A program made the translations under genes and the position numbers. Of a stretch of DNA of 64,000 nt, positions 10,464-20,121 are shown in pieces (the first letter of the stretch is position 1; every line of letters starts with the position of its first letter). The DNA lies in contig CAYGDA010000001.1 of the NCBI GenBank assembly GCA_964348515.1, positions 11,357 through 75,356 of the forward strand, given 5' to 3'. The notes beneath the pieces were generated by a model. The model saw only the letters and a list, made by a program, of their open reading frames with translations. It searched no databases and had not been told where the DNA came from. The stretch comes from an uncultured Candidatus Saccharibacteria bacterium. Lineage in GTDB: Bacteria; Patescibacteriota; Minisyncoccia; Phycocordibacterales; UBA5272.

Positions 10464-11897
10464 ATGACTGTACTAGGATCATCAGTACTTTTATATCTCG
10501 TGCTAATGATTCCGATAAGTTTTTATGCTTCACGCTTCGTAAAAAATTCGGCGGATTACGTGCTCGCGGGCCGCAACCTGCCTTTTTACATGGCCATGGC
10601 CACAGTCTTTGCAACGTGGCTCGGTTCGGATTCCATACTGGGAGCCAGTTCAAAAATGGCTGAAGGGGGATTCCTGAATGTCATGGCGGACCCTTTCGGC
10701 GCGGGGTTGTGTCTTATACTGATTGGCTTCTTTTTTGCGCCAAAACTTTATGCGCTAAGACACCTTACTTTGGGGGATTATTTTGAGGAACGCTATAACA
10801 GGACAATATCAGTGCTTTTAAGCATTGCCATAACTATTACTTATTTCGGATGGGTGGCCGCCCAATTCGTGGCTCTGGGACTTGTAATGCAGTACGTTTT
10901 CCACATGCCTTTCCTGTACGGAATTTTGATATCCGCGAGCATAGTTGTTATTTATACGTACATAGGGGGAATGTGGTCAGTCGTCATGCACGACCTGATA
11001 CAAACAACAATAATAGTATTGGGACTCCTGTTTATTTTTGTTGAAGTTTTGTATCAGGTTGGAGGAATGGGGCAAATAATCGCCCAGACTCCGCCGGAAT
11101 ATTTTAAACTTGTTCCTCCTCCTTCAGTTAAAGAGTGGCTACTATACATAGCCGCGTGGATAACGATGGGGCTCGGTTCAATCCCTCAACAGGATGTGTA
11201 CCAACGCGCCATGTCTGCAAAATCAGCGACTGTTTCCAAATGGGCATCGGTAGGCGGGGGAATTTTTTATTTCACAATTGTACTTATTCCTCTTTTCCTG
11301 GGATTAGCCGCCAGAATAATCCACCCGGAACTTTTGGCGGACGGAGCTGACTCGCAAATGCTCATACCAACTCTTGTCGGAGAGAACACTAACGTATTTG
11401 TGCAGGTAATGTTTTACGGGGCGTTGCTCTCGGCAATTATGTCCACCGCAAGCGCGGCAATTCTTGCCCCGGCGACCTTAGTGGCGGAAAACATAGTAAA
11501 ACCTTTTTATCCCCGTGTCTCCGACCGACGCCTTGTGCACCTTATTAAAATTTCGATATTGGGGGTTGCAGCAGGGGCAATTTTTTTAGGAATAAAACAG
11601 GGTAATATATATGATCTTGTCGGCAGTTCATATTCAATCACTCTGGTTTCCGCGTTTGTGCCTCTTGCCGCCGGGCTTTACTGGAAAAAGGCCAACAATT
11701 TGGGAGCAATGCTTTCAATTCTTTTTGGAGCTCTTGTTTGGCAGGGAATGGAACAATTGGCCCCGGAATCTTTCGTGGTACCGTCAATTATCGCGGGATT
11801 TTTGGCCAGCATTGCCGGTATGATTTTGGGGGTTTTCGCCATTCACGTGCATTCGAGAATAAAAAAAACAACTCCGGCTCCGGCCAGGATAGGGTAA
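10464..11897 (+). CDS. sodium:solute symporter family transporter
   Basis: Polytopic membrane protein. N-terminal 'YVLAGRNLPFYMAMATVFATWLGSDSILG' matches the SSF/PutP-type signature region. Confidence 0.75.
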   Translation: MTVLGSSVLLYLVLMIPISFYASRFVKNSADYVLAGRNLPFYMAMATVFATWLGSDSILGASSKMAEGGFLNVMADPFGAGLCLILIGFFFAPKLYALRHLTLGDYFEERYNRTISVLLSIAITITYFGWVAAQFVALGLVMQYVFHMPFLYGILISASIVVIYTYIGGMWSVVMHDLIQTTIIVLGLLFIFVEVLYQVGGMGQIIAQTPPEYFKLVPPPSVKEWLLYIAAWITMGLGSIPQQDVYQRAMSAKSATVSKWASVGGGIFYFTIVLIPLFLGLAARIIHPELLADGADSQMLIPTLVGENTNVFVQVMFYGALLSAIMSTASAAILAPATLVAENIVKPFYPRVSDRRLVHLIKISILGVAAGAIFLGIKQGNIYDLVGSSYSITLVSAFVPLAAGLYWKKANNLGAMLSILFGALVWQGMEQLAPESFVVPSIIAGFLASIAGMILGVFAIHVHSRIKKTTPAPARIG

Positions 11898-11958
11898 GAA
11901 AATTTACACTTACGCCTCCACAACCGACTAAAATAAAGGTACAATTAGAATTTAAAGA

Positions 11959-12645
11959 ATGATTCAGGCCGTTACCCCATATATTCTCCAGAACCTAATC
12001 TGGATACCAACACAGTTTTTTTTGAGAATATTCGCCCGTTTCGACGTGCGCGGCATTGAAAATCTGAAAGAAATCCGCGGTGGAGTAATTTTTGTCTCCA
12101 ACCATACAAGTGAACTCGACCCGATTCTCCTTCCGGCATCATTTTCGTTGTTTTCCCGTTTTTTACCGATGTTTTACGTTTCCAGGGAAAAATCGTTCTA
12201 TAACCCGACTTTTCTGAAACGCCTTTTCTATGGCGGGTTTTTCTTTGAATTATGGGGCGCGCATCAAACAGACGCGGGTCTGAACAACTACAAACTTTCC
12301 CTGAAAAATCACATTGAAATACTCAGGCGGGGAAATTCACTCCTGGTTTTTCCGGAAGGGGACAAGAGTTTTGACGGCAGTCTCCATGAATTTAAGGGGG
12401 GAGCGGCTTATCTTTCCCATACCACGGGTTCCCCCATTGTTCCGGTGGCAATAAAGGGTGTATTTAACACGAGCCCCGGCAGTTTCTTTACGCTTAAACA
12501 CAGAGTTACGCTCTCTTTTGGAAAGCCTATTTATCCGAATGATTTTTTTACAGGAAAAACAACAATTGAACCGCATGATTATAAAATTGCGATGAACCAA
12601 GTCGTAATGAAAGAACTTCGGACTCTTCTGGCTTCCTCACACTGA
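11959..12645 (+). CDS. plsC: 1-acyl-sn-glycerol-3-phosphate acyltransferase (lysophospholipid acyltransferase, PlsC family)
   Basis: H-x4-D catalytic motif 'NHTSELD' and 'FPEGD' acceptor-binding motif. Confidence 0.75.
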   Translation: MIQAVTPYILQNLIWIPTQFFLRIFARFDVRGIENLKEIRGGVIFVSNHTSELDPILLPASFSLFSRFLPMFYVSREKSFYNPTFLKRLFYGGFFFELWGAHQTDAGLNNYKLSLKNHIEILRRGNSLLVFPEGDKSFDGSLHEFKGGAAYLSHTTGSPIVPVAIKGVFNTSPGSFFTLKHRVTLSFGKPIYPNDFFTGKTTIEPHDYKIAMNQVVMKELRTLLASSH

Positions 12646-12736
12646 AATCCGGGGGGATATCATAAGGTGGGCACGTGAGACTTTAGACAAAAATCCTAGA
12701 AAATACCGCTTATTTGAAGTATACTTATATTCATAA

Positions 12737-13627
12737 GTGCGCCTTATGCGAAATATAATAACAGACAGCGATCCCAATATTGGTTACGAAACTAACGGGG
12801 CACTAAAAAGTGTTTTCAATGTTTTCTTCATACCGTTGTTGAACTCGTTGCCGTCCGGACTCCGTGAATTTGTAAAAAAAACCAACCAGCCCGCCAAGGA
12901 ACTTATAGAAAAAGCCACAAGCCACGCGGCCATAGAAATTCTTTACCAACGGGGGCAACCGCACAAAGTAAGGAATTTTTTGCAAAGATTTTTTCATTAT
13001 GTTTGGTTTAGTACCAATAATCCCAAAGCTGTGCGAAACAGGCTACGCCTGGTTGAACGGGAATTGATTAAGGCCATAAGAGAAAGTGTTTCAAATGAAG
13101 ATGAAATAAGTATTTTAAGCGTAGCTTCCGGATCAGCCAGAGCAATAATAGATTCAGTTTATAATCCTGAATTTTTGGATAGAAAAATTTCCGTCTCTTT
13201 TCTTGATAAAAACCCGCAGGCTCTGGAGTACAGTAAAAAACTGATATCGGATAAACATTTTCCCGATAATTATTCGTTCAGGTGGATTGAGGATTTGGCC
13301 AAAAAATTTCACACACATTACGAAGGTATTTCTCACCCAAATATTATAGAGACAGTCGGGCTGATGGATTATTTTGACGATCAGGCCGTGCTGGAATTTT
13401 TTTCGCACGTTTATACATATTTACGCCCAGGGGGGGTTTTTATTACGGCAAACATAGCCGACAACCCGGAAAGAAAATTTGTCACTAATTTAGTCGGCTG
13501 GAAGATGATTTACAGGCAACCGGAAGAATTTTATGAAATAGCCGTAAAGGCAGGCTTTAAAAAAGATAATATAAAAATATTGCTTGAACCTTTAAAAGTT
13601 CATTTTGTCATGATAGCTAAAAAATAA
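12737..13627 (+). CDS. putative class I SAM-dependent methyltransferase
   Basis: Glycine-rich 'ILSVASGSARAIID' (motif I-like) and 'YLRPGGVFI' (motif post-II/III-like). Weak assignment. Its stop lies 3 nt before the histidine kinase start. Confidence 0.4.
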   Translation: MRLMRNIITDSDPNIGYETNGALKSVFNVFFIPLLNSLPSGLREFVKKTNQPAKELIEKATSHAAIEILYQRGQPHKVRNFLQRFFHYVWFSTNNPKAVRNRLRLVERELIKAIRESVSNEDEISILSVASGSARAIIDSVYNPEFLDRKISVSFLDKNPQALEYSKKLISDKHFPDNYSFRWIEDLAKKFHTHYEGISHPNIIETVGLMDYFDDQAVLEFFSHVYTYLRPGGVFITANIADNPERKFVTNLVGWKMIYRQPEEFYEIAVKAGFKKDNIKILLEPLKVHFVMIAKK

Positions 13628-13629
13628 AC

Positions 13630-15234
13630 ATGTCCGTAGAATTATTCGCCTCATCAGGATTAATAAACTTTTTGGTGGCTGTAAGTCTTGGGGTGTTGGT
13701 TGCCTTTAAAAACTGGAGGGAACCAAGCAACAGATTGTTTTTTTATATGATAACGGCTTTTGCCGTATGGTCTTTTTCTTATTGGCGCTGGCTTTTGGCT
13801 ACAAACGCCGATTCGGCTCTTTATTGGGTTCATCTGCTTTCCCTGGGTTCTATCTTTATACCGATATTCTTTTTCCACTGGGTTGTTCACCTGACAAACA
13901 ATTTAAACCGTTATAAATTACTTATCTGGATTTCATACATTATTGGCCTGACAACGCTCTGTTTCAGCTTTTCACCTTCTTATGTCGTCGGAGTTACGCC
14001 AAAATTGTTTTTCCCGTATTGGCCAATACCCGGATTACTGTACACGATTTACCTTTTCGTTTTGTATATCTTTCTCATAGGCACATCTCTGGTTATATTG
14101 ATTAATAAGTACTTAAACCCGGTTTCTTTTGACCAAAAAGGACAGTTTCTCTATATAATTTTAGGAGCCGTAATCGGTTTTGGAGGGGGACTGACGAATT
14201 TTTTCCTGTGGTACGACATTCCATTCCCTCCGTATGGGAATTTCCTTGTGGCTGCCTTTCCGTTTTTCCTCGGATACTCAATAGTAAGACATCATCTTTT
14301 TAACGCCAAAGGAATTGCCACTGAAATTTTAGTTTTTTTTATTTCCGTAGCATCACTTGCGCAAACAGCCCTCTCAACGAGCTCCATAGAATTATTTTTA
14401 AGAGGGCTGTTCTTTACGGCCGTTGTTATTTTTGGATTTTTGATTATCAGAAGCGTGTATGGGGAAGTGGAACAACGGGAGAAAATAGAAAAATTAGCTT
14501 TGGAACTCGAGACCGCCAACGAAAGATTAAAAGTACTTGATAAACAAAAATCAGAATTCGTTTCTATCGCCTCTCATCAGCTAAGAAGCCCCCTTACCGC
14601 CATAAAAGGGTATTCTTCCATGTTGCTTGAAGGTTCTTTTGGAAAGCTAAGCGGTAAAACCAAGGGGGCCGTAAACATAATAATGGAATCAAGCGTACAC
14701 CTGGTGAATATAATTGAAGATCTTTTGAACATAACACGCATAGAACTCGGAGGAATGAAATATGAATTTGGGCCGGTTGATTTAAAAAAAATAGTGCAGG
14801 ATTTGCTGGCACAGCTAAAACCAAATGCAGACCAAAAACATTTGGCTTTGCTTTTCAGCGATGACGGTTCTTCGCAGTTTTTCGTACGGGCTGATCAGGA
14901 AAAAATACGCCAAGTCGTTATGAATCTTATAGACAACGCAACAAAATATACAGAAAAGGGATGGGTAAAGGTAACTCTCGGGAAAAGTTCCCCAAAGACA
15001 ATCAGACTTTCCGTGGCAGACACAGGCATAGGAATAACAAAAGAATTGGCGGGACGCCTCTTTGAAAAATTCAGCCGCGGAACAAACAGCACAAAATACC
15101 ACGCAAACAGCACCGGTCTTGGACTTTATGTGGCCAAGGAAATAGTTAAGGCTCATGACGGCCAAATCTGGGTCGAGTCGGAAGGGGATGGGAAGGGCTC
15201 TGTTTTCCAGCTGGAACTGCCGACTGTACATTAG
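13630..15234 (+). CDS. sensor histidine kinase with multi-pass membrane N-terminal sensor domain
   Basis: About 8 hydrophobic helices N-terminally. H-box 'SIASHQLRSPLTAIKGY', N-box 'MNLIDNATKYT', G-boxes 'DTGIGI' and 'GTGLGLYVAKEIV'. Confidence 0.85.
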   Translation: MSVELFASSGLINFLVAVSLGVLVAFKNWREPSNRLFFYMITAFAVWSFSYWRWLLATNADSALYWVHLLSLGSIFIPIFFFHWVVHLTNNLNRYKLLIWISYIIGLTTLCFSFSPSYVVGVTPKLFFPYWPIPGLLYTIYLFVLYIFLIGTSLVILINKYLNPVSFDQKGQFLYIILGAVIGFGGGLTNFFLWYDIPFPPYGNFLVAAFPFFLGYSIVRHHLFNAKGIATEILVFFISVASLAQTALSTSSIELFLRGLFFTAVVIFGFLIIRSVYGEVEQREKIEKLALELETANERLKVLDKQKSEFVSIASHQLRSPLTAIKGYSSMLLEGSFGKLSGKTKGAVNIIMESSVHLVNIIEDLLNITRIELGGMKYEFGPVDLKKIVQDLLAQLKPNADQKHLALLFSDDGSSQFFVRADQEKIRQVVMNLIDNATKYTEKGWVKVTLGKSSPKTIRLSVADTGIGITKELAGRLFEKFSRGTNSTKYHANSTGLGLYVAKEIVKAHDGQIWVESEGDGKGSVFQLELPTVH

Positions 15235-15274
15235 AAACCTTTTTTTGAAAGGTTTTTTTTGCTAATATGCCAAT

Positions 15275-16246
15275 ATGGCGAAAGAAACCCTTATTTCCGG
15301 CATAAAATCAACCGGAACTCTCCATATTGGCAACTATTTCGGCGCTATGCGTCAATTTGTTGAGCTCCAAAATGACTATGAATGTTTTGTGTTTGTGGCT
15401 GACCTTCATGCTTTAACCACGCTCCAAAACGCGGAAAAAATGCGGGAAACAATAACAGAAACGGTGGCCGGCTATATAGCCGTCGGACTTGATCCAAAAA
15501 AGGTGACGCTTTATAAACAGTCGGACGTACCTCAAGTAGCCGAACTCGCGTGGATATTCAACTGCCTTACCACCATGCCTTATCTTATGCGCGCGCATGC
15601 ATTCAAGGATGCGGAAGCAAAAAACAAAGAAATAAACGTCGGCATTTTTGATTACCCGATGCTTATGGCGGCGGACATACTTATACAAAAAGCGAATATT
15701 GTGCCTGTCGGTCTTGACCAAAAACAGCATATAGAAATTACCCGCGACACGGCGCTCAAATTCAACCGAATATTTGGGGACGTTTTTGCCCTGCCTAAAG
15801 AACGCATCCAGGAAGAGATGCAAACTATTGTTGGGACAGACGGGGAAAAAATGAGCAAGAGCCGGGGGAATATAATTCCCCTCTTTGCAGGTGACGAAGA
15901 AATTGACCGCTTGGTGCGGGGAATCGCGACTGATTCAAAGGGAATTGACGAACCAAAAGACACGGAAAACAATGTGCTTTTTTCATACCACAAACTTTTT
16001 AGCGTAAAAGATTTACCGGAACTGAAAAAACGTTACGAAAAAGGAGGCATAGGCTATAAAGAATCAAAGGATATACTGATAAAAAACATGATTGAAATGC
16101 TTTCTCCCATGCGTGAAAAATATCTTAATCTGATGAAGGACAAAAAGGCGATTATAGAAATACTGGACGACGGAGGGCAGCGCGCCCGCGAACGGGCCGA
16201 GGAAACAATTATGGAAGTCCGCAAAAAAGTCGGAGTAATTTTATAA
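15275..16246 (+). CDS. trpS: tryptophanyl-tRNA synthetase
   Basis: Class I HIGH-like 'TLHIGNYFGA' and 'KMSKSRGN'. Length typical of TrpRS. Confidence 0.93.
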   Translation: MAKETLISGIKSTGTLHIGNYFGAMRQFVELQNDYECFVFVADLHALTTLQNAEKMRETITETVAGYIAVGLDPKKVTLYKQSDVPQVAELAWIFNCLTTMPYLMRAHAFKDAEAKNKEINVGIFDYPMLMAADILIQKANIVPVGLDQKQHIEITRDTALKFNRIFGDVFALPKERIQEEMQTIVGTDGEKMSKSRGNIIPLFAGDEEIDRLVRGIATDSKGIDEPKDTENNVLFSYHKLFSVKDLPELKKRYEKGGIGYKESKDILIKNMIEMLSPMREKYLNLMKDKKAIIEILDDGGQRARERAEETIMEVRKKVGVIL

Positions 16247-16254
16247 AAACAATC

Positions 16255-16563
16255 ATGCCCAAAAACCCAGAAATCCAAGGTTCGCCGTTTTTGCCGGAAC
16301 AGCCTTACCGGAGCAGTTATCACAATGCCATGCAAGTGTCGTTAGCCAGCGAATATTACGATTTTGATGAAAAAACCCCGGAAGAGGAAAGGGACGCGTC
16401 CATGGACAGGTGGGTAAAAGAACACGCTGAAGGATACAGAAACGCCGTAGAAATACTGCGTGCTGTTTTTGCCGAAGATGGCCGTAACTTTGACGAATGG
16501 ATGGAGATGGAAGAAAACGTGGCAGAAGCCAGAGTGCTGATTAAAAAACAAATGGCCAGTTAA
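16255..16563 (+). CDS. hypothetical small acidic protein
   Basis: 102-aa ORF tightly packed between trpS and aspS. No recognisable motif. Confidence 0.45.
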   Translation: MPKNPEIQGSPFLPEQPYRSSYHNAMQVSLASEYYDFDEKTPEEERDASMDRWVKEHAEGYRNAVEILRAVFAEDGRNFDEWMEMEENVAEARVLIKKQMAS

Positions 16564-16572
16564 AATAAAAAA

Positions 16573-17961
16573 ATGGAAAGAACACTGATAAAAGATTTGG
16601 ATAAGCACACGGGAAAGGAGGTAAGTATCTCCGGCTGGGTTGATGTAAGGCGCGACCAGGGAAAACTTATCTTCTTTGATTTCCGTGATATGACAGGAAA
16701 GGTCCAAGGCGTTGTTCTCCCCGCATCTGCCGCGATGGAAACAGCCAAAGGAATCCGGGACGAATTTGTGGTTACCATAACCGGAAAAGTTAATGAGCGC
16801 CCAGAAAAAAACAGGCAGGCAGACAAACTGAACGGAGGCATTGAACTTGAAATTTTAAATATAACGGTTTTAAACACGGCTGAACCAATGCCGTTTGATA
16901 TACACAACGACACGCGCCAGATAAACGAAGAGGTCAGGCTTAAATACAGATATCTTGATTTGAGAAGCGAACGCATGCAAAAAAACATAAGAATGCGCGA
17001 CAAGATTATTTCATTTTTCCGTGAATACATGCACAAAAATGATTTTGTCGAAATTGAAACGCCGATGCTCATGAAAGGAACTCCGGAAGGAAGCCGTGAA
17101 TACGTTATTCCATCCAGGCTTCATCAGGGAAAATTTTACGTATTACCCCAATCACCGCAGCAATTCAAACAGCTTTCAATGGTGGCAGGATTTGAACGTT
17201 ATTTCCAAATCGCGCGATGTATGCGCGACGAAGACCAGCGTGGTGACCGCCAGCCGGAATTTACTCAACTGGACTTTGAGATGTCCTTCGTCGAGAGGGA
17301 AGATGTTCTTTCATATACCGAAGCAATGTTTATTGAGCTGGTCAAAAATCTCTACCCGGAAAAAGAGATAACGGAAACTCCCTTCCCGCGCCTTACATAC
17401 AAAGAATGTATGGAAAAATACGGAAACGACAAACCGGACATGCGAAAAGACAAAAATAATCCGAATGAACTGGCCTTTGCCTGGATTGTGGACTTTCCTA
17501 TGTTTGAAAAAACCGAAAACGGCGAGATACAGGCGGCGCATCACCCGTTTTGTTCCATCAACCCTGAAGACATGGAAAAATTTATGACGGGAAAAGACAT
17601 TTTTTCCATACGCGCGAACTCTTACGATTTAGTATTGAACGGATATGAATTATCTTCCGGATCTATCCGCATCCATGAGTCCGCTGTCCAAAAGAGAGTA
17701 TTTGAACTTTTGGAAATAAACGAGGAAAAACAACGCGCTAAATTTGGGCACATGCTTGATGCGTTCAAGTATGGAGCACCCCCGCACGGCGGCTTTGCCC
17801 CCGGAATAGACCGCATAGTCATGCTTCTGCAAAATGAGCCGAATATCCGCGAGGTAATAGCTTTCCCGAAAACGGGAGAGGGGAAAGACCTTATGATGAA
17901 CGCCCCGTCGGAAATAGAAGAAAAGCAGCTGAAAGAACTGGGACTTTCCGTCAAAAAATAA
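16573..17961 (+). CDS. aspS: aspartyl-tRNA synthetase, short (archaeal/eukaryal-like) type lacking the bacterial GAD insertion
   Basis: N-terminal OB anticodon-binding domain. 'RYLDLR' and 'FFQIARCMRDEDQRGDRQPEFTQLDFEMSF' (class II motif 2). Motif 3 'GGFAPGIDRIVMLL'. At 462 aa it is too short to contain the GAD domain. Confidence 0.88.
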   Translation: MERTLIKDLDKHTGKEVSISGWVDVRRDQGKLIFFDFRDMTGKVQGVVLPASAAMETAKGIRDEFVVTITGKVNERPEKNRQADKLNGGIELEILNITVLNTAEPMPFDIHNDTRQINEEVRLKYRYLDLRSERMQKNIRMRDKIISFFREYMHKNDFVEIETPMLMKGTPEGSREYVIPSRLHQGKFYVLPQSPQQFKQLSMVAGFERYFQIARCMRDEDQRGDRQPEFTQLDFEMSFVEREDVLSYTEAMFIELVKNLYPEKEITETPFPRLTYKECMEKYGNDKPDMRKDKNNPNELAFAWIVDFPMFEKTENGEIQAAHHPFCSINPEDMEKFMTGKDIFSIRANSYDLVLNGYELSSGSIRIHESAVQKRVFELLEINEEKQRAKFGHMLDAFKYGAPPHGGFAPGIDRIVMLLQNEPNIREVIAFPKTGEGKDLMMNAPSEIEEKQLKELGLSVKK

Positions 17962-17962
17962 A

Positions 17963-18676
17963 ATGGAAGCCGGATACACTGTAAAAACGGAAATATTCGA
18001 AGGACCGTTCGAGCTTTTACTGGAGCTGATAGAAAACCGTAAACTTTCCATAAATCAAATTTCGCTCTCTGCCATAACCGATGAATATCTTTCTTCCGTT
18101 AAAGCCATGGAAAATCTTCCAATCAAAGATTTATCGGCTTTTATTTTGGTGGCGGCGACACTCATGCTTATAAAGTCCAAGACACTCATTCCGGAACTTC
18201 CCATAACCGAAGAAGAAAGCGTGGATATGCGCTCACTGGAAGAGAGGCTTTTACTTTTCCAGAAGTTTCAGGCTTTGCAGCCAAACATCACCCGCGCCTT
18301 CAATAAAAACACCATGCACGACAAATCCGGAATGAAAGCGCCACCGGTTTTTTCTCCTGACCATAAGGTAACCAAGGAGACTTTAAAAGAAAATCTGGCT
18401 ATGGTTTTGGCGCTCGTCCCCAAAAAAGAAAAACTGCCGGAAACAGTGATAAAAAAGATGATACGAATTGAAGACATTATAGCTTCGCTTCTGACCAGGG
18501 TAGAAGCGGGAATGAGAACTTCTCTGCGCGAATTTTCCGGTGACAGAGAGGAAAAAAAGACTTATCTCATCGTGGGATTTCTTGCTATACTCGAACTTGT
18601 AAAACTGGGGAGTCTTTCGGCAGAACAGGAAGGCGACTTCGGTGATATTTTTATAGAAAAACAACGCCATGCTTAG
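17963..18676 (+). CDS. scpA: segregation and condensation protein A
   Basis: 'FEGPFELLLELIENRKLSINQISLSAITDEYL' is the ScpA N-terminal signature. Overlaps scpB start. Confidence 0.85.
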   Translation: MEAGYTVKTEIFEGPFELLLELIENRKLSINQISLSAITDEYLSSVKAMENLPIKDLSAFILVAATLMLIKSKTLIPELPITEEESVDMRSLEERLLLFQKFQALQPNITRAFNKNTMHDKSGMKAPPVFSPDHKVTKETLKENLAMVLALVPKKEKLPETVIKKMIRIEDIIASLLTRVEAGMRTSLREFSGDREEKKTYLIVGFLAILELVKLGSLSAEQEGDFGDIFIEKQRHA

Positions 18677-19199
18677 TCTTGCCGCACAAATTGAAGCTCT
18701 ACTTTTCTTCAGAGGTGACCCCGTCTCCATTTCCTGGCTTTCGAAGACTTTGCGCGTCCACGAAAACAAAATAGAACAGGCTTTGGATGAACTGTCAGAA
18801 GCCCTTGAGGGTCGCGGCGTAACGCTTGTCCGTTCTAAAGAATCAGTGACAATGACTACCCGTAAAGAAATGGCCGTCGTATTCGAAGAAATAAGGAAAG
18901 GAGAACTCGAAGAGGATTTGACGAAGGCGGCGGTTGAAGTTCTTTCTGTCATTATGTACTCCGACGGCGCGACAAAAAAAGAAATAGATTACGTGCGCGG
19001 AGTAAATTCTCAGATAAGTCTGCGCAACCTCGCATCCCGGGGATTAATACGGCGCGGGGAAGAGGGAAGGGGAACAAAATATGAACCGACCACAGATCTT
19101 CTCCGTTTCCTTGGCATATCGGAACTGAAGGAACTGCCTCAATTTGACGAATTTAATGCCGGAATAAAAGAAGCTGTCAGAATACAAATTCATGAATGA
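18669..19199 (+). CDS. scpB: segregation and condensation protein B
   Basis: 'QIEALLFFRGDPVSISWLSK' winged-helix ScpB signature. Immediately downstream of scpA. Confidence 0.85.
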   Translation: MLSLAAQIEALLFFRGDPVSISWLSKTLRVHENKIEQALDELSEALEGRGVTLVRSKESVTMTTRKEMAVVFEEIRKGELEEDLTKAAVEVLSVIMYSDGATKKEIDYVRGVNSQISLRNLASRGLIRRGEEGRGTKYEPTTDLLRFLGISELKELPQFDEFNAGIKEAVRIQIHE

Positions 19200-20121
19200 A
19201 AAACAATACCCCGTAATTAAAGAGCTCCCCGCGCTTCTTGTGGCAACGTCACTTCTTGCAGTTTTCTTTCTTATAGAAAATACCATGTCTCTCATGCGTT
19301 CACTGCCGGAAGAATCCCAGTCCAAAACCGCAGACCAGACCGTTTTCAACAATCTTGAACTGGAAGCGACCAGTTACTATGTGTACGACATTCTGCATGA
19401 AGAAAAAATTTCCGGATTAAATGAAGACAAACCTTTACCGCTCGCGTCAATCACCAAATTGATGACTGCCGTGGTTTCGCTTGAATCTTCTCCCGAAAAC
19501 ACAAGCGTAGCCGTACAGTCTGAAGAGTTACCAATACCAAAAAAGAAAAGTTCGTGGAGATGGAACTTGTCTGAACTTTTAAAGCTGACTCTCACAAACT
19601 CATCAAACGCAGGAGCTGAAGCAATCGCGGCGGCCGTAGGTTCTCAGGATTCTTTTGACCCTGAAAACCCCAAAGAATCATTCGTGAACGCGATGAACAA
19701 AAAAGCCGTAGAACTGAGCCTTAAAAGCCTCACTTTCTTTAACGCTTCGGGACTTGATTTGAATACAGATGAAGCCGGAGCCTACGGCGGGGCCAGAGAC
19801 GTTGCTCTTCTCTTCGGCTATGCCTGGAAAAAATACCCAGAAATAATAGACGAAACAGCAAGAAACAGTATCTCTGTTGCACCGGAAAACGGGCCGTCGT
19901 ATCTCATAAAAAACACCAACCAAAACATAGAATCGTTTCCCGGAGCACTTGGTTCAAAAACAGGATTTACTGATTTGGCTCCCGGCAACCTTGTGGCGGG
20001 GTTTGAACTTGAGCCCGGATGGCCGATTGTAATTTCAGTCCTTGGTTCCTCTAAAGAAGGACGCTTCACTGATGTTGAAAAGCTTTATACGGCAACCAGA
20101 AGCGCACTCTCTTCAAAATGA
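19192..20121 (+). CDS. D-alanyl-D-alanine carboxypeptidase (S11 family, PBP5/DacA-like)
   Basis: Signal/TM segment, SxxK 'SITKLMTA', SxN 'NSSN' and 'KTGFT' KTG motif. Confidence 0.75.
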   Translation: MNEKQYPVIKELPALLVATSLLAVFFLIENTMSLMRSLPEESQSKTADQTVFNNLELEATSYYVYDILHEEKISGLNEDKPLPLASITKLMTAVVSLESSPENTSVAVQSEELPIPKKKSSWRWNLSELLKLTLTNSSNAGAEAIAAAVGSQDSFDPENPKESFVNAMNKKAVELSLKSLTFFNASGLDLNTDEAGAYGGARDVALLFGYAWKKYPEIIDETARNSISVAPENGPSYLIKNTNQNIESFPGALGSKTGFTDLAPGNLVAGFELEPGWPIVISVLGSSKEGRFTDVEKLYTATRSALSSK

